Of a stretch of DNA of 64,000 bases, positions 42,309-57,154 are shown one piece after another; the stretch's first letter is position 1, and each line of letters begins with the position of its first letter. The position numbers and the translations under genes are program-made. The stretch is from Octopus vulgaris (Eukaryota): contig OX597828.1 of assembly GCA_951406725.2 (NCBI GenBank), positions 31,248,001-31,312,000 of the forward strand. Reading direction: 5' to 3'. A model generated the notes under the pieces. The model saw nothing but the letters and a program-made list of their open reading frames with translations. It was not told where the DNA came from and made no database searches.

Positions 42309-44663
42309 AAATTAAGGAGGTCTTGAATTGGTTACATTCAACGAGTAGACGATGGATTACTATCAAAATCTTCTTTTTTTTTGTACAGAACTAGGGAACT
42401 GACAACAAGATGAAGGGAACGAGTCCTAAATATCAAGTTGAGAGGCTTACAGAAACGAAGTGTTACACTCTGCAATATCACACCAGAAGAATCATAAACT
42501 ACTGTAGAAATTAGGGAGGAGCATTATATGACCCTCCGTTGTTTAGCTGCAATCTCTTTCAGAGTGTTATAAAACGCAATGTATAACAGAGGCGCAAAAG
42601 AAATCACAAAGACAGTTACCATCGCTAAGAATCTAGAAACACATTTAAGAAGGCCAGATAAAGGTAAGTGAAGTAGGTGCGATTTCTCAGACCGACGAGG
42701 ATCGACGGAGAAGAAGGTGAGGGCGTTAAAAATGTGTTTACTTGTGTTTAGCAATAGCTTATATTTCCCTTAATTTTGTATTTAATTGTTTGCGTTAAAT
42801 TTTGTTTGATATTCTTAAAGCTATAATATTATATATATATTTTCGAGATATTTTGTTAGAGATATATGATGAGGGTGGCTATATCATAATGTATTCCCAT
42901 TTGGATTTAGAGGCTCTCTTGAGTGCTACATTTTATATGCGCCTCTGTAACAATTTTTACCGATGTATGGATTGAAGTATTTGTTGTGGTTGATTAATGG
43001 AATCTTTATAACATCGAGCAAACGCTGTATGTTATTCGTTTCCTCATTTTGCCCTTTGAGTTCAAATTCTACCGGGGATCAAAGTGATGTTTGGCACAAA
43101 TGTCGGGCGATATATACCCATTATAAACAAATGTAATACCTATGCAATATTGCTGAATATACACGTTTATTGCTAATGTTCTGTGCAACTTACTCGTCCC
43201 TGTGAGGAACCAGTAAGCTCATTAGTGCGGCTTATAAGACGTTCGGGAACGACAGTGTCCGAAATGTCAGCGTTGTACATAAAAATTCTCGTTGTAAAAT
43301 ATATCATTGGACTATCATTTATTGGAAGCAACAATATAGTAATTCTGTTTGTCTAGTTATGAGTTCATTTAACAAAGTGCATTTTAGTCAATTTTAAGAT
43401 CAGCAAAAATTACTTTTTATTTGAACTGACGTACATTATTTGACCGACATTTCTGTGTTTTTCATCATCTGGACGATGTATATGTATACATACATATATG
43501 TATATAATAATCAGTGATGCGCTTTCTATTGTAAATTGTATTTACGCCATTCAACAATTTCACTGTAATCGCAATGGAGCACTGCACCGACGGGTTTCTT
43601 TCATCAAATCAGTCCCAGTAATTATTTTCTGTTAGTAAAGTTATTAATACGTTTGAAGATTGGTTAACCAACCGAGAGATAACAAGTATCTAACTTCGGT
43701 TGTGAAGATATGGTGATGTAAAATGCTTCAACGCGAACAGTATATGGCGCGTTTCTACATGGTTTCACTCTACGAAATTGAACCACAATGCATTGACCCG
43801 CACGGACTTCTGTAGCAGAATATATGAACAAAGAAAATGACAAAGACGTAGTGGCAATTCCTGCTTCCCATTCAGAGAGCCATGAATTTTACAACTTCGC
43901 GAATTATCTGATGGGATATATTATAGCAGATCATTGACCAGAATACTTACCAAATTTTGATTCAGTCTACGTGTTGTAGACAGGTCGCCACATAAGAAGG
44001 TTTTGAAAGAACGCCAGAGATTCTGTCGCTGTTGTGTAATTTGTTAGTAAGCGGAATGTATTATTGATAAAAAGCAGACGTTATTTACAAAGACTATACA
44101 TAAGATGTTCCTATACGTTGATACGAACATATATGCATAAAATATACACATAAACATATATGTGTGTATGTGTGTGTATGTGTGTGTGTGTGAGTGCATT
44201 CTTCTTGCTCTGTGTGTGCGTGCATATATATTCATACACACACACACACACACACACGCACACATGTAATCACATATACATGAACACACTTATATACAGG
44301 TATACAAACATATCTTTTTACTCCCATAATACACACAAAGATGTGTGCGTGTGTATGGAAAAGTGAGACTTCCATTCTTATATATGTATATTTATATACG
44401 TATACATGCATATGTATATACAAATATAAATAGACATGTATATATATATATATTTATATATATACATACATAGATATATATGCGTGTATACACACACATA
44501 CATGTATGTATATATATATATATATATATAAATATATATATATTCATATATATATATATAGATATATATATACATATATAGATATATATGCGTATATACA
44601 TACACACACAAGTATGTATATGTACATAATAGATATATGTGTATATATATATACATACATACA

Positions 44664-44713
<50 letters not shown>

Positions 44714-44868
44714 TGTTTGTATGCATATCATACAATGACATATAGATGAACATACATTTATATACAGTTACACAAACATATTTATTCACATCCATAGTAT
44801 ACATACAGAGATATGTGTATATGTGTCTTTGGTGAACTTGCATCCATATATGTGTGTGTGTGTATATA

Positions 44869-44923
<55 letters not shown>

Positions 44924-45458
44924 ATGTGAGTATGTATCTATGTTCGTACACACATACAATTTGTATACTCTGGAGAGGCTTATTGAAATATTTTTTTGCC
45001 CGACGTGTTAACGATGACAAGTATTTAAGATGATAAGTCTTCATGATATTTCAATTGCTATTTTTGTTGCCATCATAAACGCCATTAGCTGGGTGTCTTT
45101 TTTTCTTCGTTCGAGCTAAACGCAACAATGAACAAATAACTGTGGAAAACGTATCATATCTCAAAGAATTCTAATAACACATAAATCACGAAAGTTATGC
45201 GCATCACAAATTTAGTCAATAAAAAGCATCATCCATTTTCATTAGCAATCTTACCAGTTAGTTGCCGCCTAACTTACGTTACATATGGAAGATATACATT
45301 TTGACGTTAGTTCTCTCCTAATATTATTGTCGCAGCTCAACAAGGAATTAATTTAGTAACAATGCTCTATTCGTCTAGATTATATATGAATATATATGTC
45401 TATGCATGTATACATTTATATATATGCACACACATACACAAACACACGCACATACATT

Positions 45459-45508
<50 letters not shown>

Positions 45509-45534
45509 TGTATGTATGTGCGTGTGTGTGTATT

Positions 45535-45585
<51 letters not shown>

Positions 45586-45710
45586 CTGTATATTTATGTA
45601 TATGTGTGTGTGTGTTCGTGTGTGTCTGTGTGTGACTGTGTGGGTGCATATATATATATGCCTGTGCATGTGTGAGTTTCTGTGTGTGACAACATATATG
45701 TATAAATATA

Positions 45711-45941
45711 TTCCTTTTCTTTTATTCTTTTAACTGTTTCATTCATTTGACTGCGGCCATGCTGGAGTACCGTCTTTAGTCGAACAAATCGATCCACGGA
45801 CTTCTTCTTTATAAGCCTATTACTTATTCTATTGGTCTCATTTGTCGAACCGCAAGGTTACTCGGACGGAAGCGCACCAGCATCGGGTGTCAAGCGATGG
45901 TGCGAGGACAAACAGAGACAAGAAGCACACACACACATACG

Positions 45942-45979
<38 letters not shown>

Positions 45980-46135
45980 AACATATATGCGACAGGCTTC
46001 TTTTTGTTTCCGTCTATCAAATCCACTCATAGGGCTTTAGTCGGCCGGGGGCTATAGTAGAAGACACATGTCCAAGGTGCGAAGGAATCATGTGGTTGTT
46101 AATCAAGCTTCTTACCACACAACGCCTCCTACCCT
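45711..46135 (-). mobile_element. SINE family 2, diverged copy
   Basis: Reverse complement of the family, small deletion in the head. Confidence 0.85.
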
Positions 46136-47486
46136 ACTTTCTAGAAAAATACATTAAATTCTGTCAATATACCTCATTATGTAGATGAGATGTTTCTGAA
46201 ATTATAACTTTTTTTCATAGTCACTACTACCACAAATTATGATCTCATCCTGATTGTTAGTAACTTATATGTTACCACAGTATGTGTCAAATAGCAGAAA
46301 GATATTCCCGTTGCTATCATACAAAGTGTGCGAGACGTGACACTCCAACACGTTAAATAAAATTACCCTCTTTATGGACAAACTGTGATCTTACTTCAGC
46401 TGTACTCCTTCCCTATGAGTAAAATTGTATCTGTCCCTGCAGGTTTCGCTTGCGAATGCAGGAACCCCAACTAGCATGCAGCAAAAAGAAAAGAAAATCG
46501 ACGGAAAGTGATAGTGAGTCACTACCACACAGTTTGCATATCTTGTAAGTAAATGACAAAATTTCAAATATTTTTATGAGAGTTTCTGATTACCGAGACC
46601 TGAGAAGAAGCATAGAATATGAAGAAGATATATATCTCTGCCTGTGTGTGTCTCTCTCTCTATCCGTATATATGTGTGTGTAAATGTGCCTGCGTGCGTG
46701 TATGTGTGTGTTTGTATGTATGTAAATATATGTCTATACATACATGTATATATATATATATGAGTGTGTGTGTGTATGTTCATGTTTGTGTGCATATTTG
46801 TGTGTACACGAGCGTGTGCAAACAAATGTAAATGAATATTTATCTTGTACTTTGGTGGGGGAGCATAAAACGCAGTGTAGCTACCGAAGACGTTACATTA
46901 AAAGAGAGTCTGTTTTTGAATGAATACATCTGCAGCAAGATAACATATATCCTAATTTATCCGTTCAACATCTAAAACATCTTGTCAAAGAAAAGTTGTC
47001 AGTCGCCGGCTGATATTATATGTGTCAACTTTCATATGATTCATATGTATGATCATAGCGACAGATCTGTTTTTTGAACAAATAACTTTTGTTTCTGACA
47101 TACTATATTCAATTTGGCTTGCTTCTGTTAATGTGGAGAGAGAGCATCTTTCTGTTGACAATATTCTGCTTTTTGATTTATCCTGTCTGTGATGGTAGCA
47201 TTATCAACTCGGCAAAATTTCACGGCAGTAGTTATATTTTATACTTTGATGTAAACCTGGATTATTTTACAAGGGTTTATGGATGAATATGCCTGCTTAT
47301 GAATGTTTCTGTGTTGTAAACATTTACTAACAAATACAAGGATTTCACGATTTGGAACAAGGCCAGCACGTTCGGGTGTTTTTTCAGCTCTTCTATTTAC
47401 ATTTCTGTATATATATAAATGTATATATGCAAAGATGCACGTATATTCATATAAATGTATAGCTGCACTAACATATGCAGTATATA

Positions 47487-48420
47487 CGATAGTGTGCCCA
47501 AAATAAACCAGAATTTGTTCAATATTATTTTATTTAGTTTTACATGTTCACACTGTTATCGACTTCAAATTATTCTCCATTTGGAGCAATGCATCGCCCG
47601 AGACACGTTTCCCACTGTTCGAAGCTGCCCTGGATCTCTTGCGAAGTGATGCCTTTAACGTCCCCGTCGTTTTGTTATTCTTAACCTCTCCCACATTTGC
47701 AAATGTTGCACCAGCTTTTGTCACCAGTGATGTCCTTCGAGGAAGGATCCGGATCAACATCCAACTCTTTTGTCAGTTCATGACACGCATTCTGTTGTGA
47801 CTGCTTTTTAAGTTCCATGAGCAAGCGAGGCACAAGTTTCGCTGGAAGTCATTTCATTTGCAATTCGTTGCCCGAAATTTGTTAGCAGGGGCTGCAAGAC
47901 ACATCAGTCGTATCAACAAGTTCGTGAATTTTCTGGCCACAGCACTGCACCGTCAGTTCGTGAATTTCCATGATGTTTTTATTCGTTCGGGAGGTCGATG
48001 TTCGTCTTCAATGAGGTTGGTCTTCAAGTGACTGGTGACCATTCCCACAGTATAAAAGCCACTGGTAAACTTGTGTTTTGCTCATGACAGCGTCCTTGTA
48101 AGCTGTTGGAAGCATGAGAATTATTTCGGCTGCTGTTTTCCGCAGAAGGACAAAATTTCACGGAAGTACATTGTTCCTTCACTTCAGGCATCGGGAAATC
48201 GCTGAAACAGGGGAGAAGAACTGGAAAACAAAGACACAGCAAGTGTGGCAGAACGATTCCACCGGGTGACGCCCGCCGGCTACCTGAGTGTCGTATGAAT
48301 TGGCTTCTAGCAGCGGAAGACCGGACTACAAAGGGTTTGTCCCAGTTATCAGTCAAGGTAATTGTATCGAAATCACTGTCTTGCGCAGCTATCATCGTTA
48401 GCACGATAGACGAGTCAAAG
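47487..48420 (-). mobile_element. mariner transposase pseudogene, internally deleted
   Basis: MPEVKEQCTSVKFC.., KLVPRLL, DITGDKSW motifs; TA|CGATAGTGTGCCCAAAATAAACC TIR-like end. Confidence 0.8.
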
Positions 48421-48619
48421 ATAATAGGACGCGGAATACCCTCACAACATAATAGTGGTGACAAGAATATTACAGAACCGACAATAACATACAACTGGAC
48501 GGGGATCCACATTATAACACATATTTATACACAAATACACACATATACACAAATAAAGATACCCTTCATATATTTAATTTATTCGGATCAATAAAGTGTA
48601 TGTTTATATAAAAAAAAAA

Positions 48620-48735
48620 ACAAATACAAGAAAAACACAACAACGAAAGAACGTGGCACATGCAAAGTATTACCATATGCTCAGGGAAAGAAAAAAGGTG
48701 GTTTTACGTTTCGATCAAAATGTTTTCTTGTCGCT
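48620..48735 (-). mobile_element. Decayed pLTR-like fragment (family of 52880-53090)
   Basis: AAAACACAAC..GCTCAGG..TTTTACGTTTCGA shared with the 52.9 kb and 54.7 kb copies. Confidence 0.5.
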
Positions 48736-49779
48736 ATAAAATGGCTACTCTGTAAGAACAATGTTACTATATTTTAACGACAGGAAAACGTATTTTTTAA
48801 GATGGTCAACGACGCACAAGCTGTGTCCGATATTCTGTGAGTAAGGGAGCAAATCACTCCCCACAAGGTTGCCAAGACCAGTAGACCATAGTTTCTGGGT
48901 CTTTACTCTTAATTGGTACTGGATATCTGCCTGATAGAGATGGCCGTCAATCGTCCCTACTCGCAATATATAAACGGAGAAGAAGCAGACAGGCACTTGA
49001 AAAATTGAAATTTGATTGTAAAGAATTCAAATCTGATGGCAAAGAATCCAAATTGGATCGAAAACATCTATATTCTGCCAGTTTGCCGCCCTTTTCTGTC
49101 TACTAATATTTAAACAATGCATTTTTCAGCACACGATCAGTTTATATAGAATCAATCTTTCAGTTTATATAGAATTTTACAAGAAACAGTTAAAAAAATA
49201 TCCGAGAATATGTCTACATTTGATAACAAATGTACATTCCTTTTATTTTGAAATTCAGTGGATATTATGTCTGATTTAGACACATGTTTACTTAAATCGG
49301 ATTATCGTTTAAAGTTCTGTACTTTGAAATCCATAAACAGTAATTTTGATGCCTTTGATCACACTGATGGATGTTATGACGATATTGTGAGCAATTCCAT
49401 TTAATATATTTATCATTACCTACATGTAAGTGCTTGTAGTTATAAAATATATACATATGTTTGTCTAATGACACAGAAACAGCATAAATTGTTGCAGCGC
49501 TAGTCAGCGAAGCATCAATAGACTTATTTGTTAAACAAAGACAAAGATAAATTGCTAAATAGCAATAAAGTAATAAATCATAATTCCTAAAACATGTTTA
49601 AACGTCTAATCGCTATTACCAACGTAGCTTGACGTGCCAGAAATGAAGCAGCACATTTATTTCTTTTATGTTTTTCATTCTTTTGCTTTGAAAGAATATA
49701 TATAATCCAGAAATTGATATTTCCAATTATGAAATATAATTTTTATTGACACATTTATGTGAAAAGAGAATAATATGTG

Positions 49780-49828
<49 letters not shown>

Positions 49829-49887
49829 ATGTATATATGAATATATATATATTTGTATTTATACATATACATATACATGTATATATG

Positions 49888-49925
<38 letters not shown>

Positions 49926-51169
49926 TTTATATATATATACATATATATATAAATATATGTTTGTGTATGAGTACGTTAATATGGATATTATTTAGATTTA
50001 GTGGTAATTTACGACACGGGTAAATTCATTTGTTGTTGTGTTTTCGGTATTATTATGTTTGTATCTCATATTTTAAGTTTTCACATTTATCAATATGCAT
50101 GGAAGAATGCCTACGTATCTGTGACTTCTGGGACAATCACTACTTTCGCTGTCCATTAGGAAAAAAGTTATCTGTTTTGCTGCCGTGTATTTGATCTCGT
50201 ATAAAACGTGCTTTCCGTGCTAAGTGAATTTCTGCCTTTGAATATCTTTTCCATATAAACTTGATATTGGTTTCACATTTTGGCACAAAGCCAATTTATA
50301 CTTTATATGGCAATTGGTTTCCTTTTCTCTGAGCATTTTAAAATGTCTATAAGTATGTATGTATATGCGATTCTCGGAACTTATTGATATGAGAAAAACA
50401 GCAAACTTCTTGCAAAAAAACCGTTCTATGTTTTATTTTTTGGGCTTTCCAAACGATCCTTTTGAAGTACCGTCTTTGTTTTTACTCGTAAAATAAAGAG
50501 TCGGGGATTGCGCTACACTGAAATGTTACCCTAATATTATAACAACATACGAAATAATTTTTAGAGGAGCAGGAACTTGATATTTTCTTTAACCACCCCT
50601 TCTCTGCACTTCGTCTGATATTCGATTAGTTAATTAGTATTTTTGTCAAAGTGAAGTCTTAGAGAAATTGTTTATGTCTCTTCAAATATTGGTTTTTGTG
50701 TTTCAGAACTGGCAAGTTTCTCGAGAGCAAGTGACATATAGATTTGCTTGTTTATAACCTAGTGTTTTAATAACATATGAAACACTTTTTTTTTTCTAAT
50801 AACAATATAATACAAACCGAAAATGTGTATCTTATAACCTTTGTATCTAATAATCTGTAAACATATGGTCAAGTAGTATGTAGGGTAGAGATATATTAAC
50901 AAACGAAATGTATAGTGGCAGCAAGATTGATTAAACTTCGAAGTAACAAAGGGCATATAGTATAATAGAATTATACAAGCTGTTACATTCGATGGCAGAA
51001 ATGTTTTGAGAATGAGAATAACATTGGTGTTTTCTATTGGTGTTGACACTCTTGAACAACTTGAATTGAATGAATTGTACAATACATGAGATTCTGTTAA
51101 AAAAATATGTTTCTATTTGGTTGGCCTCAATATTATATATGTGCGTGTATAATATGCATGTCTCTAAAA

Positions 51170-51445
51170 CCCCCTTTGATGGGGCCGAAGAGGTGAGAGT
51201 CTGAAGGCGCTAAATTATTCCAGTGAAAAGGAATGGAAAACTGTAGTGAAGAAGTAGCTCAAAGAACAGTTAGAATTTTACGGGGCAGGGATACATGTTC
51301 TCACTCGAAGGTAGAACATTTCTTTTCAGAGTAACGTTGACTATGTTGAGAAGTAGGGATGTGATCCACAAAGGACCAGTTTCATCTTGCTGTATGATAC
51401 ACTTTCGTGTTGGTAATTATACCTATCCTAAACAAAATGGCATTA
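51170..51445 (+). mobile_element. mariner 3'-end fragment
   Basis: ..LKEQLEFYGAGIHVLTRR*NISFQSNVDYVEK* matches the mariner C-terminus (FY..GI..L..RW...GDYVEK). Confidence 0.75.
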
Positions 51446-51523
51446 CTTTTTGACTCAACCTCGTATCTATCTATCCATCAATCTATCTATCCATATATCT
51501 ATCTATCTATCTATCTATCTATA

Positions 51524-51580
<57 letters not shown>

Positions 51581-51584
51581 CTCC

Positions 51585-51617
<33 letters not shown>

Positions 51618-52236
51618 GCAACAATATATATGGAAAGAAGGGAAAAGGGTACAGTGATCTTGCAATGAGGAGTGGAGTAACCACGGTTTGGATGCATTCC
51701 TTCGTCAGGGGGCAGAATAAAAGAAAAGAAAAAGAGGAAAAGCCAGAGTTTACACCCTCCTAGTTTATACTACTTAAATCTTTATTTAGTTCATTTTTAT
51801 CCAGTCTATTCGTTAACGGCTTATAAAGAAAGGAAATGTATAAAAATGTTTATTTCTGCAATAAAAATTCCACCTCAACTCATTGATTCAAGAATAAATT
51901 CCATTTGTAAAACTGACTTCATTTTCTCGAATTCAAATCCTGTTTCTTAGTAAAACAAATTCTACGCGTTTCTGTTGTTAATGGTTCCTTGTCTTTGATG
52001 ATAATCGTTTTTCTTGTAACTTTGCTTTGGAACAAACAGGTCCGATGAGAACGAGAATATCAAAAGAATCATACGATTCTATACATATTGCTGACATATA
52101 CACTTCCTCACGGGAAGCTTTTATGTGCACTAAAGACACACACACACACATTTGTGTGTGTGTATGTGTTTATATTCTGCTAATTAAAATTTTATTCCAG
52201 TGGTGACAAATCTTTTGCTTTTCATTTTTATTTTAA

Positions 52237-52273
<37 letters not shown>

Positions 52274-52356
52274 ATATATATCTATCTATCTATCTATCTA
52301 TCTATCCATCTATCTATTTATCTATCTATCTATCTATCAATATATATATAATACAT

Positions 52357-52409
52357 TTCTATATTTAAAAGATGAGGAATTGTCCTCATCTTGTTTATTG
52401 TTAACACAA

Positions 52410-52445
<36 letters not shown>

Positions 52446-52499
52446 CAACAACAACAACAACAACAACAATAATAATAAAAATAATAATAATAATAATAA

Positions 52500-52583
<84 letters not shown>

Positions 52584-52781
52584 CATAATTAAAAAATAAT
52601 AATAACAACAACATCGAAAAATGCCTTACGAATGAGAATGCAGGTTCGAAATTACCCCCAAGACACCTTATGAGTGCTGTAGGGTATATCAGCCGAAACG
52701 TTAACACTAAACAAGATGAGGACAAATATCCGTCAAATGTAAATAGTGTAAACAATGTAAATAATGTAAATAATGTAAATA

Positions 52782-52786
<5 letters not shown>
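52357..52786 (+). mobile_element. Hammerhead-SINE copy preceded by inverted tail piece
   Basis: Minus tail 52357-52410, then CTGAATAAT.. microsatellite and tail with HHR-like 52662-52702; flanked by (TA)n. Confidence 0.85.
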
Positions 52787-52843
<57 letters not shown>

Positions 52844-52988
52844 TGTCAACATAACGTGACAGTCCCGTAAGGGAATTACATCACCGCTGTTTAAACCAAA
52901 CATGAAAGCACAAAGAGAAAACACAACGCGAGGACGAGGAAAAACTATAGTGTTATTGGACGCTCAGGAATGGAAAGAGAGAAGGAGG

Positions 52989-53023
52989 ATTTAACGTTTC
53001 GAGCGGAGCTCTTCGTCAGGAAC
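52989..53023 (-). ncRNA. Minimal hammerhead motif in a pLTR-like fragment (52880-53090)
   Basis: Minus strand GTTC-CTGACGA-AGAGC tcc GCTC-GAAA-CG-TT-AAAT; intact core, stem II and palindromic ACGT. Confidence 0.65.
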
Positions 53024-53239
53024 ATAGGAAAAGGAAAGATCCAAGGAAGGGAAGACGGAGGAAAACATCGCCAACGGTACACACGCGGTCGTGTGTGTGT
53101 GTATATAATTATATGCAACTATGTAAGTGTTTATGTACATTTCAATGTACGTTTCAATTATTATAGATCTTCTACCGAGGAGGGAACCTATTTCCCTCAA
53201 AGATACAAGTCCCGATCTTTGAGATGTAGTTAACATAGA

Positions 53240-53690
53240 ATTTACATTTGGAATTAGAGAAACATCTTGCACATTTTTATTCTTCCACTCCCAGATTGGG
53301 TTTGGAATGTAAGAGTAAGCCGGTCGATTTTTCTTTCTGAAAATCACAGTTTATCCAGATTCTCCTTTAAATATTTACTAAGAAAACGTAGTGCTCCAAT
53401 TATTATTGGTATGAATATGAGTTCATAGCATGGATATAGACGATGGAGGTTTTGAAGCAGTTGTCCATAGATATTGATTTTCAAAGAGATATTTGCATCT
53501 CCACGGCAGCAGACCTGTTTCATGTTACATGATGTTTCCCATGAGTCCCAAACAACAATATCCGGCCAGTATTGTATACATCTGACAGAAATTTTGATGG
53601 GAATATTCCACCATTACTCCTTGAGTTGGTGTTTATGAATGTATTCCATAACAGAGAAATTTTCTAAGTTTATTTCAGGACTGACATTTT
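53240..53690 (-). mobile_element. RLE-type non-LTR retrotransposon 3' remnant (further family)
   Basis: WNIPIKISVRCIQYWPDIVVWD..IYGQLLQNLHRLYPCYELIFIPIIIGALRFLSKYLKENLDK. Confidence 0.7.
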
Positions 53691-53819
53691 TGCGAATGGT
53701 ATTGTAAATTGTACGTATGTATGTATGTATGTATGTATGTATGTATGTATGTATGTATGTATGTATGTATGTATGTATATGTGTTTATGTATGTATATAT
53801 ATATATATATACGTATGTG

Positions 53820-53855
<36 letters not shown>

Positions 53856-54783
53856 TGTATGTATGTATGTATGTATGTATGTGTGTATATGTGTGTATGC
53901 ATGTATATATATACGTATGTGTGTATATATGTATGTATGTATGAATGTATGTATGTGTATATGTAAATAGTAAATAGTCTTTCTCCGATAATGCTAAACG
54001 ACTTAACAGCGCAGCGGAAATAACTGGAAAAAAAACAAAGCAAAACATATTTCTCAGAAAAATAAAACCAAGTCAATAATAAATGTAAGTATCTATTGCA
54101 AAATATGATCATGTTTTGTATTATTTATGCATAATAAAATGTAATTTTATAGATTATATAATCAGGAGTAACTTAATGAACACCGCCTTCTGAAATGAAA
54201 CTAAGTTGATCATAAAATGCTGGAAAGGCAAATGATTGTACATAAGCATGCATATGTCTGTGCAATCGGGTGTGTGTTTCTGCCCATAAGATCTAGAGAC
54301 GTAGATATCCATATACATAGACGCTTATATAGAAGTGTGGGGGGGGAGGTGCACGTGTTTGCGTTTGTGTGTGGTTATGCTTATTACTTTCAACTATATA
54401 GGTGTACGTGTCTGAATATGATGGGTAGGTGTGAAGTGTTTACATTAATGTATCTTTGCAAGTAATTAATTCAAATCGGAGGTAGAAACTGAGAGCTTCA
54501 AGAAAAGTGTGAGTGAGTGAGAGATTAATTGCAGAATAAAAGATGTTAAGTGCCGACCTTTACTTTATCCTTATACACCTACATTTAATCAGATATTTTC
54601 TATCTTATATTAAATCTGGATCTATTACAATTAGTGTATTCACCTACACTTCAACATATAAGGACATACGCACCTATATGTATATATAACGGGAGAGTTT
54701 ACGAAAAAAAAAGCAAAAGACGAAGGCAGGTGGTGTACAAAACAAACAGATGTATTAGAATAACGCTCAGGAATAGAAAAAGA

Positions 54784-54819
54784 CTTTTACGTTTCGAGCC
54801 TACGCTCTTCTACAGAAAG
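54784..54819 (-). ncRNA. Hammerhead-like variant in an inverted pLTR-like fragment (54695-54850)
   Basis: Minus strand CTTT-CTGTAGA-AGAGC gtag GCTC-GAAA-CG-TA-AAAG; perfect stems I and II, A6 substituted. Confidence 0.55.
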
Positions 54820-56621
54820 CGACACAGAAAAAACAAGGAGAGAAAAAAAAACATATGTATATCTCCAAAGTTAATTAAATCTATAGAAATGACCGTTTTC
54901 AAATTGATAATCATTATGATATACAGCACACCTGATATCGGAAGTATTGAAATCACCAACATGAAGATGTTCATTCTGCACGTGGGTCACCCTCAAGCTA
55001 CTGAACTTTTGATCCCAAATTTTCATTAAATGCAAGTCTCAGATTAAGTTGCTGTTACTGAAACAGAGAAGAACATGAAACACATCTCTGGTAAGTACAT
55101 AATTACCCAGCTTAACTTACTCCACCAAAATAACCATATTAACCATTATTTTTCTTTCTCACTGAACTAAGGGAGACAACCCATTCCTATCTTCACACCA
55201 AGCTTTACTTGTTTCCTTTTTTATTATACACTTTGCACTTCCTTATCGCTCTTCGTTATTTCTCTAAGAGCAGCTATATTGTAGATCACATTTGTGTCTC
55301 GTGAATATTTAATATATTCTTTCATTTGATCGAGTATTTGTTTTCTATACTACTATTAATTGAATTGTTTGTATGTAGTGTATATATGTGTGAGACCAAG
55401 AGTGAGAGAGAGAATGAGAGAGATAGAGAGGGAGAAAGAGATAGATAAAGAGAGAGAAAAAAGAAATAGAGAAATAGAGAGAGAGAATGAGAGAAAGAGA
55501 GAGGATCCAAAACTCATGCTGTTGAAAGTTTTCTATATGGCTGTGTGTGCTCAAAGATGCTCCCACATGCATCCGTTTAGAGCGCACTACCTATAGAACT
55601 GACAGCGTTTTCATGACTAAAACTCTAATGGTGCTTACACACGTACAGCATACATTCCCACCTTTGAGTTGCCGTTGGAGCAAACTTTGACAAGATTATT
55701 TGCAAGGCTTACTTTCAAATATCTAAGCAATATCACGTTTTGGTAGTCTTCTGAAATTCTGTCAAACCTGTTGTAAGTTTGTCTTCCATATAAAAGTTGG
55801 TGACATGGAAATACCTCTTGGCAACCGGTTAATATATTCCCTATTGTGAAGCTTACTAAAGAATATAATTTTACAATTTAGCTTCAAAACGTTTCTTGGG
55901 GTAGCAGTTGAAATTTAGTCTAAGTGTTAATTAACGACTCATTATATTTAATGCATATGGTTTGAGTGTTCCTTTCTCTTCATCCGATACATTATTTATG
56001 ATTAATAATAACCTATTGAACGCCAGTTATCACTTATACAACGCAGATTAAATTAGATGTAAGCGTTTGCAGTAGGTAATAAATGTACATCCAAGGGTTA
56101 AAATCTATTGTCATGGTGAATGAAAATGTTTTCTTTCAAGCATCGTGTGATTCAAAAGAGATTCGGGAACGGCCGGTCGAATGTGTATATTTCATTGTTT
56201 ACAATAAATCATATATGACTACAACTTATCGTTCATATTCGAATAAGTATAATAAACATTTAGCATTACAGGAAATAGATTCATCATCATTATAACCTGA
56301 GATTATTCGACTACTCCGTCTGATATGATATCAATACCTCCCTGTAATGTAATATGAAACAGAGCGCGTTTTGAAATAAACCTACTACATTTGTTGAAAT
56401 ATAACATTTGATGATGTAATATTAGCCATATTTTATTGTTCATAGAAAGTTATATTTAAAGGACTCTAGTGGAAAATACTTTTTGTAATAAACATGCAGG
56501 CCTACTAGGCACTTATACATACGCATTGCAATACACACACATACGCGCGCGTACAGGCACATGTACACATAAACACATACACATATACAGACTCATATAC
56601 ATACAGACACGCATGTATATG

Positions 56622-56683
<62 letters not shown>

Positions 56684-57102
56684 TATACATATATATGTAT
56701 ATATTTATATTGGTGATATTACCGTTTTATAGAATGAATTGAAATGCATCTGCTTCAGTAATTAGACATTCTTTTCTTCCCCAATTGCTCAAATCCTCAC
56801 TTGTAGCGTTACAGGTCCACTTCCGTTTGAGAAAGGTCAAACTGTACATTACGAAGCAATACACGTTCCAGAGAAGCTCTTTAATAACATAAGTAAGACG
56901 ATTGAACTAAAAGCGTTATCTTCCAATACAACATTTTACAGCACAAATTCACTGACACATGAATACATATATATATAGGTGTGTACATGGTTATATGCAT
57001 ACCTCTATATAAATAGGTATATGTTATATATATATATAGAGAGAGAGATAGGATATATACATATACATATATATACGTACACACGCACATACAAATACAT
57101 AT

Positions 57103-57154
<52 letters not shown>

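Noticed and set aside
42524-42754. ORF with a GPCR TM6-like stretch (FLAMVTVFVISFAP)
   Set aside because: Isolated 76 aa with no neighbouring TM segments or clear splice sites
52736-52786. AATGTAAAT tandem repeats and spaced SINE copies resembling CRISPR or telomeric arrays
   Set aside because: These are variable tail repeats of the SINE; no repeat-spacer periodicity, no cas genes, eukaryotic context
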